A DNA stretch of 62,994 nt, filler included, from Reclinomonas americana ATCC 50394 (taxonomy: Eukaryota), in the NCBI GenBank assembly GCA_048213135.1. It is 5 parts of 2 records of this genome, joined end to end, with 100 filler letters (N's around TTAATTAATTAA, not from the genome) between each part and the next. Parts side by side here need not be neighbours in the genome. Positions count along the whole stretch, not along the records: positions 29,271 to 46,997 come from PS015663.1; positions 47,098 to 57,411 come from PS015663.1; 3 more parts are not named here. One strand, given 5' to 3'. Position numbers and translations under genes: made by a program. The notes under the pieces are model-generated. The model ran no database searches. It had not been told where the DNA came from and was given only the letters and a program-made list of their open reading frames with translations. Positions 39,569-51,400 of the stretch are shown here, piece after piece. The stretch's first letter is position 1; every line of letters starts with the position of its first letter.

Positions 39569-42500
39569 ATGCGTCGGAGCGGAGGTCGTGCGCCGACTTT
39601 TGAGGAGGTCGTGCAGCAATTCAATGAGGCCCAACGGCACAACAGCAGTGGTGACTATGCCACTGCCGCTCCCCTTTACGGTACCTGCTGGAGAGATTTT
39701 GAGGACTTGCGCGGCCCCGACGATGAATGGACGTTGTTGTGTGCACACAACTACGCGCTTGCACTCTGCGATTCAGGAGATGCACAGAGCGCGTTGCCGG
39801 TGTGCGAGGATGTGCTGGAGAGGAGGAAGCGCGTGTCGGGTGCGACTCACAAGCGTACCCTGCTAACGGCTTCCTGCATGGGCGACGCGCTGAGTCGGCT
39901 CGGGCGTCATCGCGAGGCCATTGCATTGCTGCGTGACACGGCGGAGAAGCAGGAGCGCTATGGGGCCAAGGGGGGCGAGGATGTGTTGGCAACGTTGCAC
40001 AACTTGGCACTGGCGCTCAATTTCAACACGGATTACGAAGAGTCGATCCGGATTTCACGAGACGTCGTGCGCCGGCGACGTGAAGTGCTGGGCGAGGATC
40101 ACCCAGACACGCTGACGAGCATGCACAACATGGCATGTTCGCTGGCCGACGCAGGCGGCTTGGCCAACCTGGACGAGGCGTTGGAGATCTTCGAGGAGGT
40201 TTTGCCGCTTCGTCGTCGCGTACTTGGGCCGGACCACGCGCATACCAAAACCACGGTTGACCGCATTACCCACACCCGAGCGAAGCTCACCGCACTCCGC
40301 AAGGCTTCTGCGACGACCTCCCCATCTGGTACGTCTGTGACGCACTCTTTTTTGATTCATCCTCCACGCTCTTGTTGTTCATCCACGACTGCAGCTTCCT
40401 CTGCTTCCGCATCGGCTCCCCCGCCAGTGCGTTCCCCGGTGAGAGAAACTGACAAGTGCTGATGCTTGTCCGTCGCTGATTTCACGTGCACCAACCAGCC
40501 ACCACCGGTGAACTCGGCCCGCGAGCAGCAGCTGGAGGCAGCAAACGCACAACTGCAACGTGATCTGGCAGAGCAGCAGCGCCTCGTGCAGCAGCAGACG
40601 CAGGAGTTGACCACGCTTCGCAGCCAGCAGTCACAATCACAGGCCACCATCGCCCAGCTGCAGCGAGACCTCGCGCAACAGCGGGCGACGACGCAGCAGC
40701 ACGATGGAACCATCGCACAACTGCGGCGCGAGGTGGAAGAGCAGCAGACGGCTGTTCGCGAGCGGACTGCTCAAGTGGATGCATCGCAACAGCAAGTGCA
40801 GCGTCGCGATGCTACAATTACGCAACTGCAACGCGACAAGAACGATCAACAAGCCACTCTCCGCGAGCTGAGTGCCCAGGCTCAGCAACACGAGGCCACC
40901 GTCGCGCAACTGCTGTGCGAGCTGGAGACGCAGCAAGCCACTATCCGCGAGAGGACCACGCAGATGAATGCAGCGCAGCAGCTGGTGCAGCAACACGAAG
41001 CCACCATCGCGCAACTGCGGCGCGAGGCAGAGGAGCAGCGACAGCGAGTCGAGCAACTGACCGCTCAGTTGGATGCAGCGCAAGAGGCCGGTCGCGCAAG
41101 CACAGCAACTGTTGCACGCCTGCAGCAGGAGCTGGAGGAGCAGAGGGCGCATGTGCAGCCACAGCGAGAGGCCGTGGTGCAGCGCCTGCGCGAGGAATGT
41201 GCTTCTCTTCGAGTCTCTCTGGAGCGAATGGACGAGCAGCGCCAGCAAGAATACGACCGCGCACAACGACTGGCCGCTGATTTGGCCGCCGCACAGCACG
41301 AGCTCAACCACCGTGGTGAGTGCGAGTGAGTTTGTGGTGAAGACTGCAGATGCTGACCAGCGTTTTGCAGTTCCACTCACGGCCTTTACCTGGGAGCAAG
41401 TCGGCGCCATGACAAATGGCTTTGCCCATCGTCTTGGCACGGGCGGTCAGGGAAGCGTGTTTTCTGGCACGTGGAAGGAGCAGCAGGTGGCCGTCAAGGT
41501 GTTCGACAGCGATGCGCCGTGGTGCATCGAGTCGTTCTCCAATGAAGTGAGTGCTGCGTGTGTGCGGAGACCAGGTGATCATCCCCCTGTGTGTTTATTG
41601 CTTCTTGCTGGAATGCAGTTGGAGAAACTGAAGAGTGTGACGGTGCCTGGTGTGGTACGCATGATTGGTTTCGCCGAGTCGGACCGCGGAGAAAAGTGCA
41701 TTGTGCTGGAGGCCATGAGGTTGGTGGACATCGCGTATTCCTGGATGCATGCGGTTCTCCTGGCTCGTTATTGCTGATGTGCTGTTCTTCTCTCGTTGCT
41801 TCTCAAGCGAGCACAATCTCGAGCACCGTTTGTTGGAGTATCAAGCACTCGGTTTGGCCGTCATGGCCATCGAGGAACGCATGACATGCTTGCTTCGTTG
41901 TTCGGAGATCGTGGCGGCGTTGCATAGGTGAGGCAGCTGCTGCAATTAGAAGTCAGGTGCATGTGGTCGTTTCTCATCCTTTCTTGTTGTTGTACAGGAT
42001 GGTTTGTGGTGTCGTTGTGCAGCTTGCTGTTGACTTTGGTTCTCACTCCCCTTCCCTCTCACTGTCACTGCATTCTGTTCTCTCGCCTTCACCCAGAATG
42101 GTGAGTCTCCGTGAACTCGGTTGTGAGTGATTTGACCTCGCTTGTTAACCATGATTCGCAGTCATTCACCGCGACCTGAAGCCCGCCAACATCCTGTTTG
42201 ACGAGCGTGGTCAGGCATGCATCTCGGACCTCGGAATCGCGCACTGGTTCCGCACTGGCGGGGTGAGTCTCATTTCCCATCCCTCCCCTTCCCATCAATA
42301 ATACACTCATGAGTGTGGTGACTAGCAGACACACCTGTCGGTGCAGTTCGCCGGCGACCACAACTATGCCGATCCGCAGGCACTGCGTGGCATTCTGCGC
42401 CCGACTGCCGATGTGTACTGCCTTGGTCTCATTCTGCTGCAGCTGTTCTCGGGTCTGCCGATTGTCGAGGTACACAAGTGGATCGAGGCGATGGTGGAGG

Positions 42501-42979
42501 ACGACGACGCGGTGAGACTCGATGAGGCCGCTGTGCTACTGGCCGACACCGCGGTCGGTCGGGAATGGCCGACGTCTGTCTGTCGCCGTCTTGTGCGCTT
42601 GGCCATGCGGTGAGTAGTAAGCATCAGCCCCGTGCTTGTTTGCACTGCGTAGGTCGTCCCTCATGAATCGAGAAACAGCTGTGTTGATTATCGACCCAAT
42701 CGCCGCCCGAGTGCCGACGAACTGGTGACCGAGATGCGCGATCTCACTGCGTTGTCATGCCGTCGCGCGTGCGTTCTCTGTTACGATGTGCGCGACACCC
42801 GACTGCGTCCGTGCGGACACGAGGTGATGTGCCGCAACTGCGCGCAGCAAGTGCTTGAACGACGCGGCGAGTGCCCACTCTGTCGCACGTCCATCACCCG
42901 TTTCGACTCGGGAGATGAGTACGGATACCACACGATTGTGCAGGCACCACCATCAGCTGCGGCCGCCGTGAGCCCGTGA
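39569..42979 (+). CDS. TPR - coiled coil - RLK/Pelle(IRAK)-like kinase - RING protein, copy 2
   Basis: Same 11-exon structure and motifs as copy 1, frame intact; microexons at 41998-42001 and 42097-42100. Confidence 0.9.
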
Positions 42980-43989
42980 TGACTGATATTTGGAAGTGCA
43001 AAACATGCAATTACAGATTTCATCTGACAAGTATCTCTCTCTATCTCTCTTGTCTACTGCGTGCTGCTGTCAGAGGGAGACTGGACCGCTGTAGCTGCCA
43101 CAGTAGTTGCCGTTGCCGAGGTGAGTGCCAGCGGCCACGGCGGGGTAGTTGTTGCAGACGTAGTGCGGCACTGGCAAGTCAGATCGGCTGATGGAGACTG
43201 TGATTATGTGCACAAGAAGGGGAGAGAGAGGGAATTAGAAGGGAGAGTGTGAGGAGTGATCAAGCAAGAAGCTGTGGGGCTGTAGTGATGGAGATGATCA
43301 GTATCTCTCACTCTCTTCATCGCGCCTCATTCCCTCTCCTTTCACTCTTTCTCTCTAACACTCAATCATAGTGCAAAGAAGCGATCGAGGGAAGGCAAGT
43401 AGGGAGTGTACAGGCACAGAGACTCTGGAGAGGAACTGAGTGAGAGGCTGTGATTTGGCGAGTGAAGGTTGCCGTGCGTGCGAGAGAAACACGATCGTGA
43501 GGTGCGAACGAGCGAGACCGAATGCACACTAGAGAAAAGACGTTCACGAGACATTGTGGTCGATCGATGAAGACTCCCTCTGCTCTACTCCACAGTTTTC
43601 ACTTTCTCAACTCAGCGATCGAAAGAGACTTGCATGCTCTCTCTCTCCACTGGTATTCGATTTCCAAATTTGGATTATCGAATGCGCACGGCCCTCAAAT
43701 CCTGCACACGCGCGAGGACCCAACTCACCACATCGCCACCCTCTCTCTCCTCCTCCCCGTCTCTCCCCCACACCCACCTCCCCCTCTCCCTCTCACCAAG
43801 TTACTCCGCCACCATCAGCACGGAACAATTCCATCGAACGGCTCTACAATTTCGGAGATTGACGCGAGAGAAGACACACACACACTCTCTCTGCCCACAC
43901 TCTCACTCTGCGGTGGTCGTGCGCTCTGGTTGAATTAAGCCCCCTGATTCTCCTGTGCCACCCACATCCCGCTCCTGCGTGACCAACAA

Positions 43990-44832
43990 ATGTCCACTGC
44001 ACCACCTCCCCTCCCCGCCTCCCCCTCCTGGTCCGTCTCCTCGTGGATGTGGGGCCGCGACCCGCCCTCCTCCGCACGCAGCCCGCCTCCACCTCCCTCC
44101 GCACTGGCCGTGGTCGCTGTCGCCGTGGCCGCAGTGCGACAACGCCTCATTACCTCTCCACTGCAACAACCTCCACCGGCCGTCACCGCCTCATTCGTCG
44201 CTCAGCAGTCTGCTGCCAGTCTGCCTCCGCCTCCGCCTCTGATCGGTGGCGCTCGTGTGTCATCGCCGACAGAGTCACTCATGGCGTTGGTCAGTGAGTC
44301 ACTAGACGATGCCGACGATGACGACGACTTGCTCAACAACAACAACAATGATGGGCGGTACTCGCCGCCAGCGATTCGCCGCGTGCGTGTGGCCGCCTTG
44401 CACTTGTCCATCCCGCTGCCGCCGCACTTGCCGGCCAGGTGTTGCTCGTCGTCGTCGCCGCTGTCGTCGCCGGGAGGAAGTGCGCGGCCGCTGCAGTCGC
44501 CGTCGTCGCCTTCAATGGGAAGTGCGCCGCGGGGGCCGTTGCTGGTGCTGAATAGGCGGCATGAGCGGCGGCTGGGTCTGGCGCCGGTGGTCGATGCACC
44601 TGACCCGGACGATGATGATGACGAGGAGGAGGAAGAAGAAGAAGATGGCGAGGAGAATGACTACGATGACGATGACGACGACGAGGAAGAGGATGACGAG
44701 GAGGAGGGGGAGCAGTGGGAGCGAGCGTCGTGGGCCGACGAGCAAGACGAGGAGGCGCCGGCAGGGCGGAGTAGCAAGGCGCAGGCGGCGCAGTGGCGGT
44801 CGTCGCAGTGGGTGTCGGAGTTTGCTGGCTGA
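43990..44832 (+). CDS. Intronless 280-aa low-complexity protein (Pro/Ser-rich, long acidic tract, Trp-containing tail)
   Basis: Open ATG-TGA frame with coding-like GC content followed by an AT-richer 3' region; no recognisable domain. Confidence 0.5.
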   Translation: MSTAPPPLPASPSWSVSSWMWGRDPPSSARSPPPPPSALAVVAVAVAAVRQRLITSPLQQPPPAVTASFVAQQSAASLPPPPPLIGGARVSSPTESLMALVSESLDDADDDDDLLNNNNNDGRYSPPAIRRVRVAALHLSIPLPPHLPARCCSSSSPLSSPGGSARPLQSPSSPSMGSAPRGPLLVLNRRHERRLGLAPVVDAPDPDDDDDEEEEEEEDGEENDYDDDDDDEEEDDEEEGEQWERASWADEQDEEAPAGRSSKAQAAQWRSSQWVSEFAG

Positions 44833-44930
44833 GGTGGATCGCCTTATGATAGTTTTGAAAAACAATAAGTGTATAGCAGTGGTGTAATGTGAAAAGGGGA
44901 AGGGGAAAGGGGGAAGGGGAAGGGGAGAAG

Positions 44931-46304
44931 AGAGCGAACACACACAAAAGAAACATGCTGCTTCCTCAATACTTGTGTTTGTGTTGATGTTTTGAATAGG
45001 GTTGAACTTGTTCATCAAGACAGCTGTTGCTTGGTTGTTGGTGAATGAGTTGTTGTTGTAGAGCAGCATCAGCACTGCGAAAAACAACACTTATTGCAAG
45101 ACGGATATCGATATCGATATCACGGCCAAAAACGGGGAAAATGTCCACTTCCTTGCCGACAATGATGTCTCTCTACCATTTTCCGGGGTTTTGGGGAGTT
45201 CCTTTCCTCCAGCACATGCGCTGCAAAGTGCACGTGCATGCAAGTCATCTGAAAAAAGCGAACATGTCCGAATTCCGTATATACCGTACTTCTTATCCAG
45301 TTTGAGTCAAGTTCAACTCGCGTCCCCCATTTACAATCGCCCATCCACGAGAGCCAACACCATCCGGACATGCACCCTCTTCTGCTCCTTGCCGCCATGG
45401 CGGTGATGCTGCTAAGTTGCAACGTGCTGTCCGCCCATGCGCTGTGCGAGAACATGAGTGAGAGCGACGACATGTGGTACTGGTAGGCGCGATGACGTTA
45501 GCAACAAGACATGTACCAGGCACACTCCTCTCTCACACCCTCCTCCTTCCCCCACGCAGCTTGCCCTGCGGAGGCATCTACACGTGCTCCAACATGGTCG
45601 GCCCCGCCGATTCGTGCTGGACCAGCAGTGTGCCAGACTGCCATCTGCCCCACTTTTCAAACCAGTGGCTGTGCTGTCGGAACTGTGACGTCAGTGGCGC
45701 TGGCGAGTGTACGTGGCTCGGCAACAATCCCGGGCCGACGCCGCCCGGCCCCACTCCGCCCGGCCCCACTCCGCCAAATCCCGATCCCGGCAACCGCGGC
45801 TTTTGTCTGGGCGGACCCGGCTGCTCGTGCATTGGCGGCGCTGTCGGGCAGGTTTGCCTGCTGGTGTTCCTCGGAATCATGCTTGTCGTCGCCATTATTG
45901 TGGTCGTCACGGTGCTGCTCGTCATGCGCTACAACCGGCGCCGTCGCAAGGCGCGCGAAATGGCACCGGTGGAGTACCGACATCTTCCGACTCCGTCCGG
46001 ATCCGAACCGGCAATAGAGGCCTACAGTTACAATGGTGCGGCTCCCGTGCAGCCGTCTGTGCAGCGGCCGTCTGGGTTCTCGGTGCAGAACTAGCAAGGA
46101 AGGGGAAAGAGAATCACACAAGTCAGCAAGACAGAGCGCGAGCTTGTTGACGAATGAATCGGTGCTCAACACAGCAACAACAATTTATTCACCAACAAAC
46201 AAGCAACAGCTGTCTTGATGACCAAGTGCAACCCTGTCCAAAATATCAACACAGACACCAATCTTGAGGCAGCAGCCGGTTTTTTGTGTGTGTGTGCTCG
46301 CTCT
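44931..46304. repeat. ~135-bp imperfect inverted repeat pair (44931-45066 and 46163-46304)
   Basis: TCATCAAGACAGCTGTTGCTTG.TTGTTGGTGAAT on the left is the reverse complement of ATTCACCAACAA.CAAGCAACAGCTGTCTTGATGA on the right. Similarity extends out to AGAGCG/CGCTCT ends. Confidence 0.9.
45370..46094 (+). CDS. Small type I membrane protein: signal peptide, Cys-rich ectodomain, (GPTPP)3 stalk, TM, short tail
   Basis: Exons 45370-45482 and 45560-46094 are in frame: MHPLLLLAAMAVMLLSCNVLSAHALC…CLLVFLGIMLVVAIIVVVTVLLVMRYNRRRRK…. Confidence 0.8.
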
Positions 46305-47227
46305 CGGAGCTCCGAACAAGTCGAGAACTGCGATCTTCACCGCATAATCGTGGATTACCTGCATTCTTTTGTGTTCAACGTAGTTGCGGAAGGTGACGCC
46401 TTCACTGCTTCGCCTGGCGCACAGATCCGGACCGGCTTGTATTCTTGCAGAAACTGCAGTTGCAACGCTGCAATTTGAAGGGTCCTCGGCCGGATCTGAA
46501 GGAAGCAATGCAGAACTTTATAACTCGACAGCTGTTTCCGAGACGAGAGTGAGGGGGTGCAAAAGATTCCAGCAGGAGTGAAAAAAGCCATGGCAAGCGT
46601 CAACGAATTCGAATAATTACAAGTGCAGTTGTGAAAGCTGCGGACACTTTCTGCAAAAAGATGCAGGTGGCGACCAGCACAGCTTCACTGCTGATCACCC
46701 GCGGGCAGTGCTTTCCACTTGCAAGGCCGCAAAAAAGCAGCTTTACATAAGAGGTACTACAAAAACTGCATTTTGGACAAGGACAATTGCGGTTTTTTGT
46801 CGTTCTCAGGCGCGAGAGTGACTGCTGCACTCTCTCCTTCTCTCTCGTGTGTGCCTGCTCTGTGCCAAAGATATGAGCTCGCCACGACCCACCAGTGGCA
46901 CACCTCGTCGTCATCAGCATCGGCATGGTCATCATCATCGCACAAACGATGATGATCATCATGCGAGTGGATCTTCTTCGTTGACTGCAGCAGGCGANNN
47001 NNNNNNNNNNNNNNNNNNNNNNNNNNNNNNNNNNNNNNNNNTTAATTAATTAANNNNNNNNNNNNNNNNNNNNNNNNNNNNNNNNNNNNNNNNNNNNGGA
47101 GGAGGACTCGGGGAGATGGGCGAGGGAGATATGCAGAATGTGGTGTTTATGCGTGGGCCACTGGAGGCGGATGATGTGGGGGCGACGGTGAGGGAAAGGG
47201 AAGGGAAGGGAGATAGGGGGAGAAGGA

Positions 47228-47263
<36 letters not shown>

Positions 47264-47371
47264 GAGGGAGGGAGGAAGGAGTGCAAGGGCAAGGGAGTGT
47301 GTGAGAAAGAGAGAGAAGAAGGCTTTCAAGTTCGTTGTCTGTGCAATTACACGCATACGCAGTGAGCGTGC

Positions 47372-47417
<46 letters not shown>

Positions 47418-47715
47418 GTGTGTGTGAGAGAGAGAAAGAGAGAGTGGATTGAGTGTGCGAGCTTGCGTGTGCGCACAGAGACAGTGAGAGAGAGTGTGTG
47501 TGTGTGTGTGCTTGTCTTGACGTGATGCAGCGAGAGAAGGGAGTGCTTATGTGTGTGTGAGAGAGAGTTGATGCGAGTTGTGAGTTGTCTGTAGATTCTA
47601 TCTCATGTTTGTACGAGATTCACATTCATTCTCCCTCNNNNNNNNNNNNNNNNNNNNNNNNNNNNNNNNNNNNNNNNNNNNNNNNNNNNNNNNNNNNNNN
47701 NNNNNNNNNNNNNNN

Positions 47716-47757
<42 letters not shown>

Positions 47758-48483
47758 TCTTCTTCTTCTTCTTCTTCTTCTTCTTCTTCTTCTTCTTCTC
47801 TCTCACTCTTTCTCGCTCGCCTGTATCACGTGCCGTGTTCTCAGCTGTCATGTTCTTCGCATCGTTCTTTCCCCCTGCTCTTTGCCGCTCTCATCTTCCT
47901 CGCAGTTCGTGTGACATGCTTCTCTGATTGAAGGCTATGCACTGCGCTCTTGTGTGGTCGCTTCACTCGTTTTCTTTGTCTCATCGCGTTTGTCTTGAAC
48001 TTGATGCGAGGAGAAGGGGAGGCGATGGGGCAAGGGAGAGGGAGGAGAAGCTGAGGAGAAGGGAGAAGGAGGAGAGAGTGTGTATGCGCGCGCGCGTGAG
48101 AGGGAGATACTCACTGCCTTTCTTGCGGGCAGCTGTCAGTGTTGCTATCTTCTCTGACTGAATGCTGTGTTTCATTCACCAGCGGCTGTGTGTTTTTTCG
48201 GCGCTCATCTCGCGTCTCATTCTCTCACTCCCACTCTCTCTTCTCTCTCACACACTCTCCCTCTCCCTTTCCCCTCACGCGCCGTGACTTTCGTTGACAT
48301 GGCCACCGTGGCATCCATTCTGCCGCTCTTGACACCCTTTGTTTCCTTGTCGCTTTCTCTCGCCCACTCGCTCACTGTACGGTCTTCCTTCTCCCTCACT
48401 TTTCCTCTTGCCCCCTTTTCCCTTCTCCCTCACCCTTTCCCTCACCTTCCCCCCCTTCGCAGTTCGACTCCAAACCCGAATCG

Positions 48484-51400
48484 ATGACCTCACCCTCCCA
48501 AATCCCGCTCACCGGCGGCAGCAACCCCCGCTCCCTCGCCGAGATGGCCGACGAACCCCTCGACAAGATCGGCTGGTCCGTGTTCGGCAAGGTACGCACT
48601 CTTCCCCACCTCCCCCCCACACTCTCCTTCCATCACTCACTTTTCTTAAAACCCCGCAGGTGCTGCTGGCCGGCTCCGGCTTCCTCGCCGACGCCTACGA
48701 CCTCTTTGTGATCAACCCGGTGCTGGCGAATCTCGCGCTGCTGCACCCGCTGACCAATTTCGACAAGTCGCTCATCTCCTCGATGGCGCTGTGGGGAGCG
48801 GTGGCCGGCCAGCTGTGCTTTGGCCTGCTGGCCGACATTCTCGGCCGGCGCATCATTTTCATGTGCACCCTCGGCCTCATCACTCTCGGCTCGGTCGGCT
48901 CGGCGCTGTCGTTTGACACGCCCGCTTTCAGTGTGTACCAGCAGATTGCCTTGTGGCGCTTCTTCCTCGGCTTTGGGGTCGGTGGCGAGTACCCGCTGTC
49001 GGCCACGGTCGCCAACGAGGGCTCGACGAGGAGATATCAGGGGCGCATGATGGCCGCCGTGTTCTCCATGCAGGGCGTCGGCTCCATATTAGCCTCGGGT
49101 CTCGTCGCGCTGTGCCTGGCCATGGGCGCCAGTCACGAGTTCACCTGGCGGTTCGCGCTGGGGTTCGGTGCGCTCCCCGGGCTCATCACCTTCCCCTTCC
49201 GGTGCGCCATGGAGGAGACGGAGGCGTTCAAGGAGACGCAGGCGCAGGAGAAGAAGAGGGGGGCGGGGAGGGTGACCACGGTGGATCGGATGGTGGCGGC
49301 GGTGTTGCGTGATGAGGGAAAGGGGGGAAAGGGGGGAAAGGGGTAAAGGGGGAAGGGGGAGAAGGGGAGAGGGGAAGGAATAGGGGAAGGGTGGAAAGGG
49401 CATGGATAGGAGAGGGGTGAAGGGCGAAGAAAGAAGGGGAAGGAGTAGGGGAGGGAGATGTTGGAAGGAGAAGGGGAAGGAGAAAGGATTGGAGACGGTC
49501 ATGAGAGGTGGTTTTGTAGAAATTAGAGATGCACGCGATAGATGTGCGAAATATGTGTTGGGTGAATGGTAGGCTGGAATAGTCGCACATAATGACAGCC
49601 GAGTGCGATGTTGGAACAGGGGAAGGAGAGGGGTTGGAGAAGGTGGTGGTGAGAGATTATCGGTTTGTAGAAATCAGTGGTGCACGCGATAATTGTGTTC
49701 ACTTGTTGCATAATTCTATATGTTGGGTGAATGGTAGGCTGGAATAGTTGCACAGCTGTGAATGATAAGAGTGATGGTCGACTGCGATTGACTGAAGAGA
49801 TTCACGGAGAAGGTTGATGTTGACCGTGTGGTGTCTGAGGAGGAGTAAGAATGGCGGCACGCTGAAAGAGCGCATGACAGACAGGGCACAACCAATCAAA
49901 TGAGTTAGTGTGGCGACAGAGAAAGTCTGGCTCTTTCTCGATACGGTGTGATTCTCCGCACAATTTGTGCAAAGAAAGGTAGAAACTGAGTGACTGAGAA
50001 TAGAATGGCAGCGATCGGGTGTGGCGAGAGAGGCAATCTCCGCAATATAGAGGAGACAAAGAGTTTATTGATCGAGTGAGGCGCAGTTGAAGAGAGGACA
50101 TGCGGCACACGGAGGCAACTGATATGCACAGAGATAACCGGTTGAGTGCGTTCGGACAGAGGAGTGGATGGGAGCGCAGTTGCAGTGAGGCGTACAGAGC
50201 GTGGGATTATACTTGCGAGCGACGGCACAGAAAAGACTCAATCAGTAGAATGAGTTCAGAGTAACAGCACATGGAATGTTTGTTTGTGAATGATTGCGAA
50301 CGAGATACACGGAGACGGCACAGCAGACGTAAAGCTATTCAGCGGAGTGCGTTAGGATAGTTGAATGCCTCGTGGCGAGATGTACAGCGCAGTGTGCGAA
50401 CGACCGGGGGAGGGGTTCACGAGGAACGAGACTGCAGAGACACATCGTAGATTTGGAGATGGGTATCGGTTCTCTTCCCCTGTCTATTACCGCCGACGTC
50501 TAACTTCTACCACACAGGCGCGCCTTTTGGAAACCGATGCTGGGCACGGCAGGCGCGTGGTTCTTGCTGGACGTGTTATTCTACGGTATTTCCCTCCCTT
50601 TTCCCTCCCTCCCTCCCCCTTCCCTCTCTCCTCCCTCCCTCACCCACCTCCCACAGGCAACGGCCTCTTCACCGCCACCATCGCCCGCATCGCCGGCCTC
50701 GGCAGCTCCCCCGAGGACGACGCGCTGAATGCGCTGTACATTGGGTGCATGGCGCTGCCGGGGTACTTTTTGACGGTGATATTCTTGGAGAAGGTCGGCC
50801 GCAAGCCGCTGCAACTGTTCGGCTTCCTCATGATCAGCGCCCTCTACTTGGTGCTCGGCCTGGCCTACAGTGCGCTCCTCGATGTGCCGATTGTGTTTGT
50901 GATTGTCTACGGGTGCACGTTTTTGTTTTCCAATTTTGGTCCGAATGCCACCACGTATATTATGCCGGGCGAGTTTTTCCCCACCCATGTGAAGGTCTGT
51001 CGGGAGGGGAAGGGGCGTGAAGGGGAAGGGGGAGGAGAGGGAGAAGGGGGAGGAGAGGGAGAAGGGGGAGAAGGGGGAGGAGAGGGAGAAAAGGGAGAAG
51101 GGAGAAGGGGGAGAAGGGAGAGAAGGGGGAGAAGGGAGAGAAGGGGAGAAGGGAGAGAAGGGGGAAGGGGAGAAGGGGGAGAAGGGAGATAAGGGGAAAA
51201 TGGAAGAGGGAGCAGAAGGTGACTAGGGGAGTGAGGACTGGAAGAGCGAGCACGTGCGTAAGATAAAGGATAAGAGAAAGAGAGTGGGGAAGGAAGGGAC
51301 GAGAGCGGGAGAGTGACAGAAACGAAGGAGAAAAGAGGATGTGAAGTGATTGGGAGAGAGGACAGGGAGTGCGAGTGAGTGCACGGACGAAATAACAGAA

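Larger units (their letters stand above)
34775..43637 (+). repeat. Tandem segmental duplication of ~4.27 kb (34775-39046 and 39381-43637)
   Basis: Both units begin GCCCTCGACGT and end GAAAGAGACTTGCATGC. Upstream region, introns and 3' flank are collinear. Confidence 0.95.

Noticed and set aside
34953..40310. TPR variation as the product of a diversity-generating retroelement
   Set aside because: No reverse transcriptase is present, differences are not adenine-specific, and the whole gene including introns is duplicated.
49300..49312. Non-canonical GC-AG intron in PHO84 (and similarly in PTDSS at ~25575)
   Set aside because: A GT donor (GTTGCG) at 49304 or 25577 restores frame, and in PTDSS it also gives the expected alignment length.
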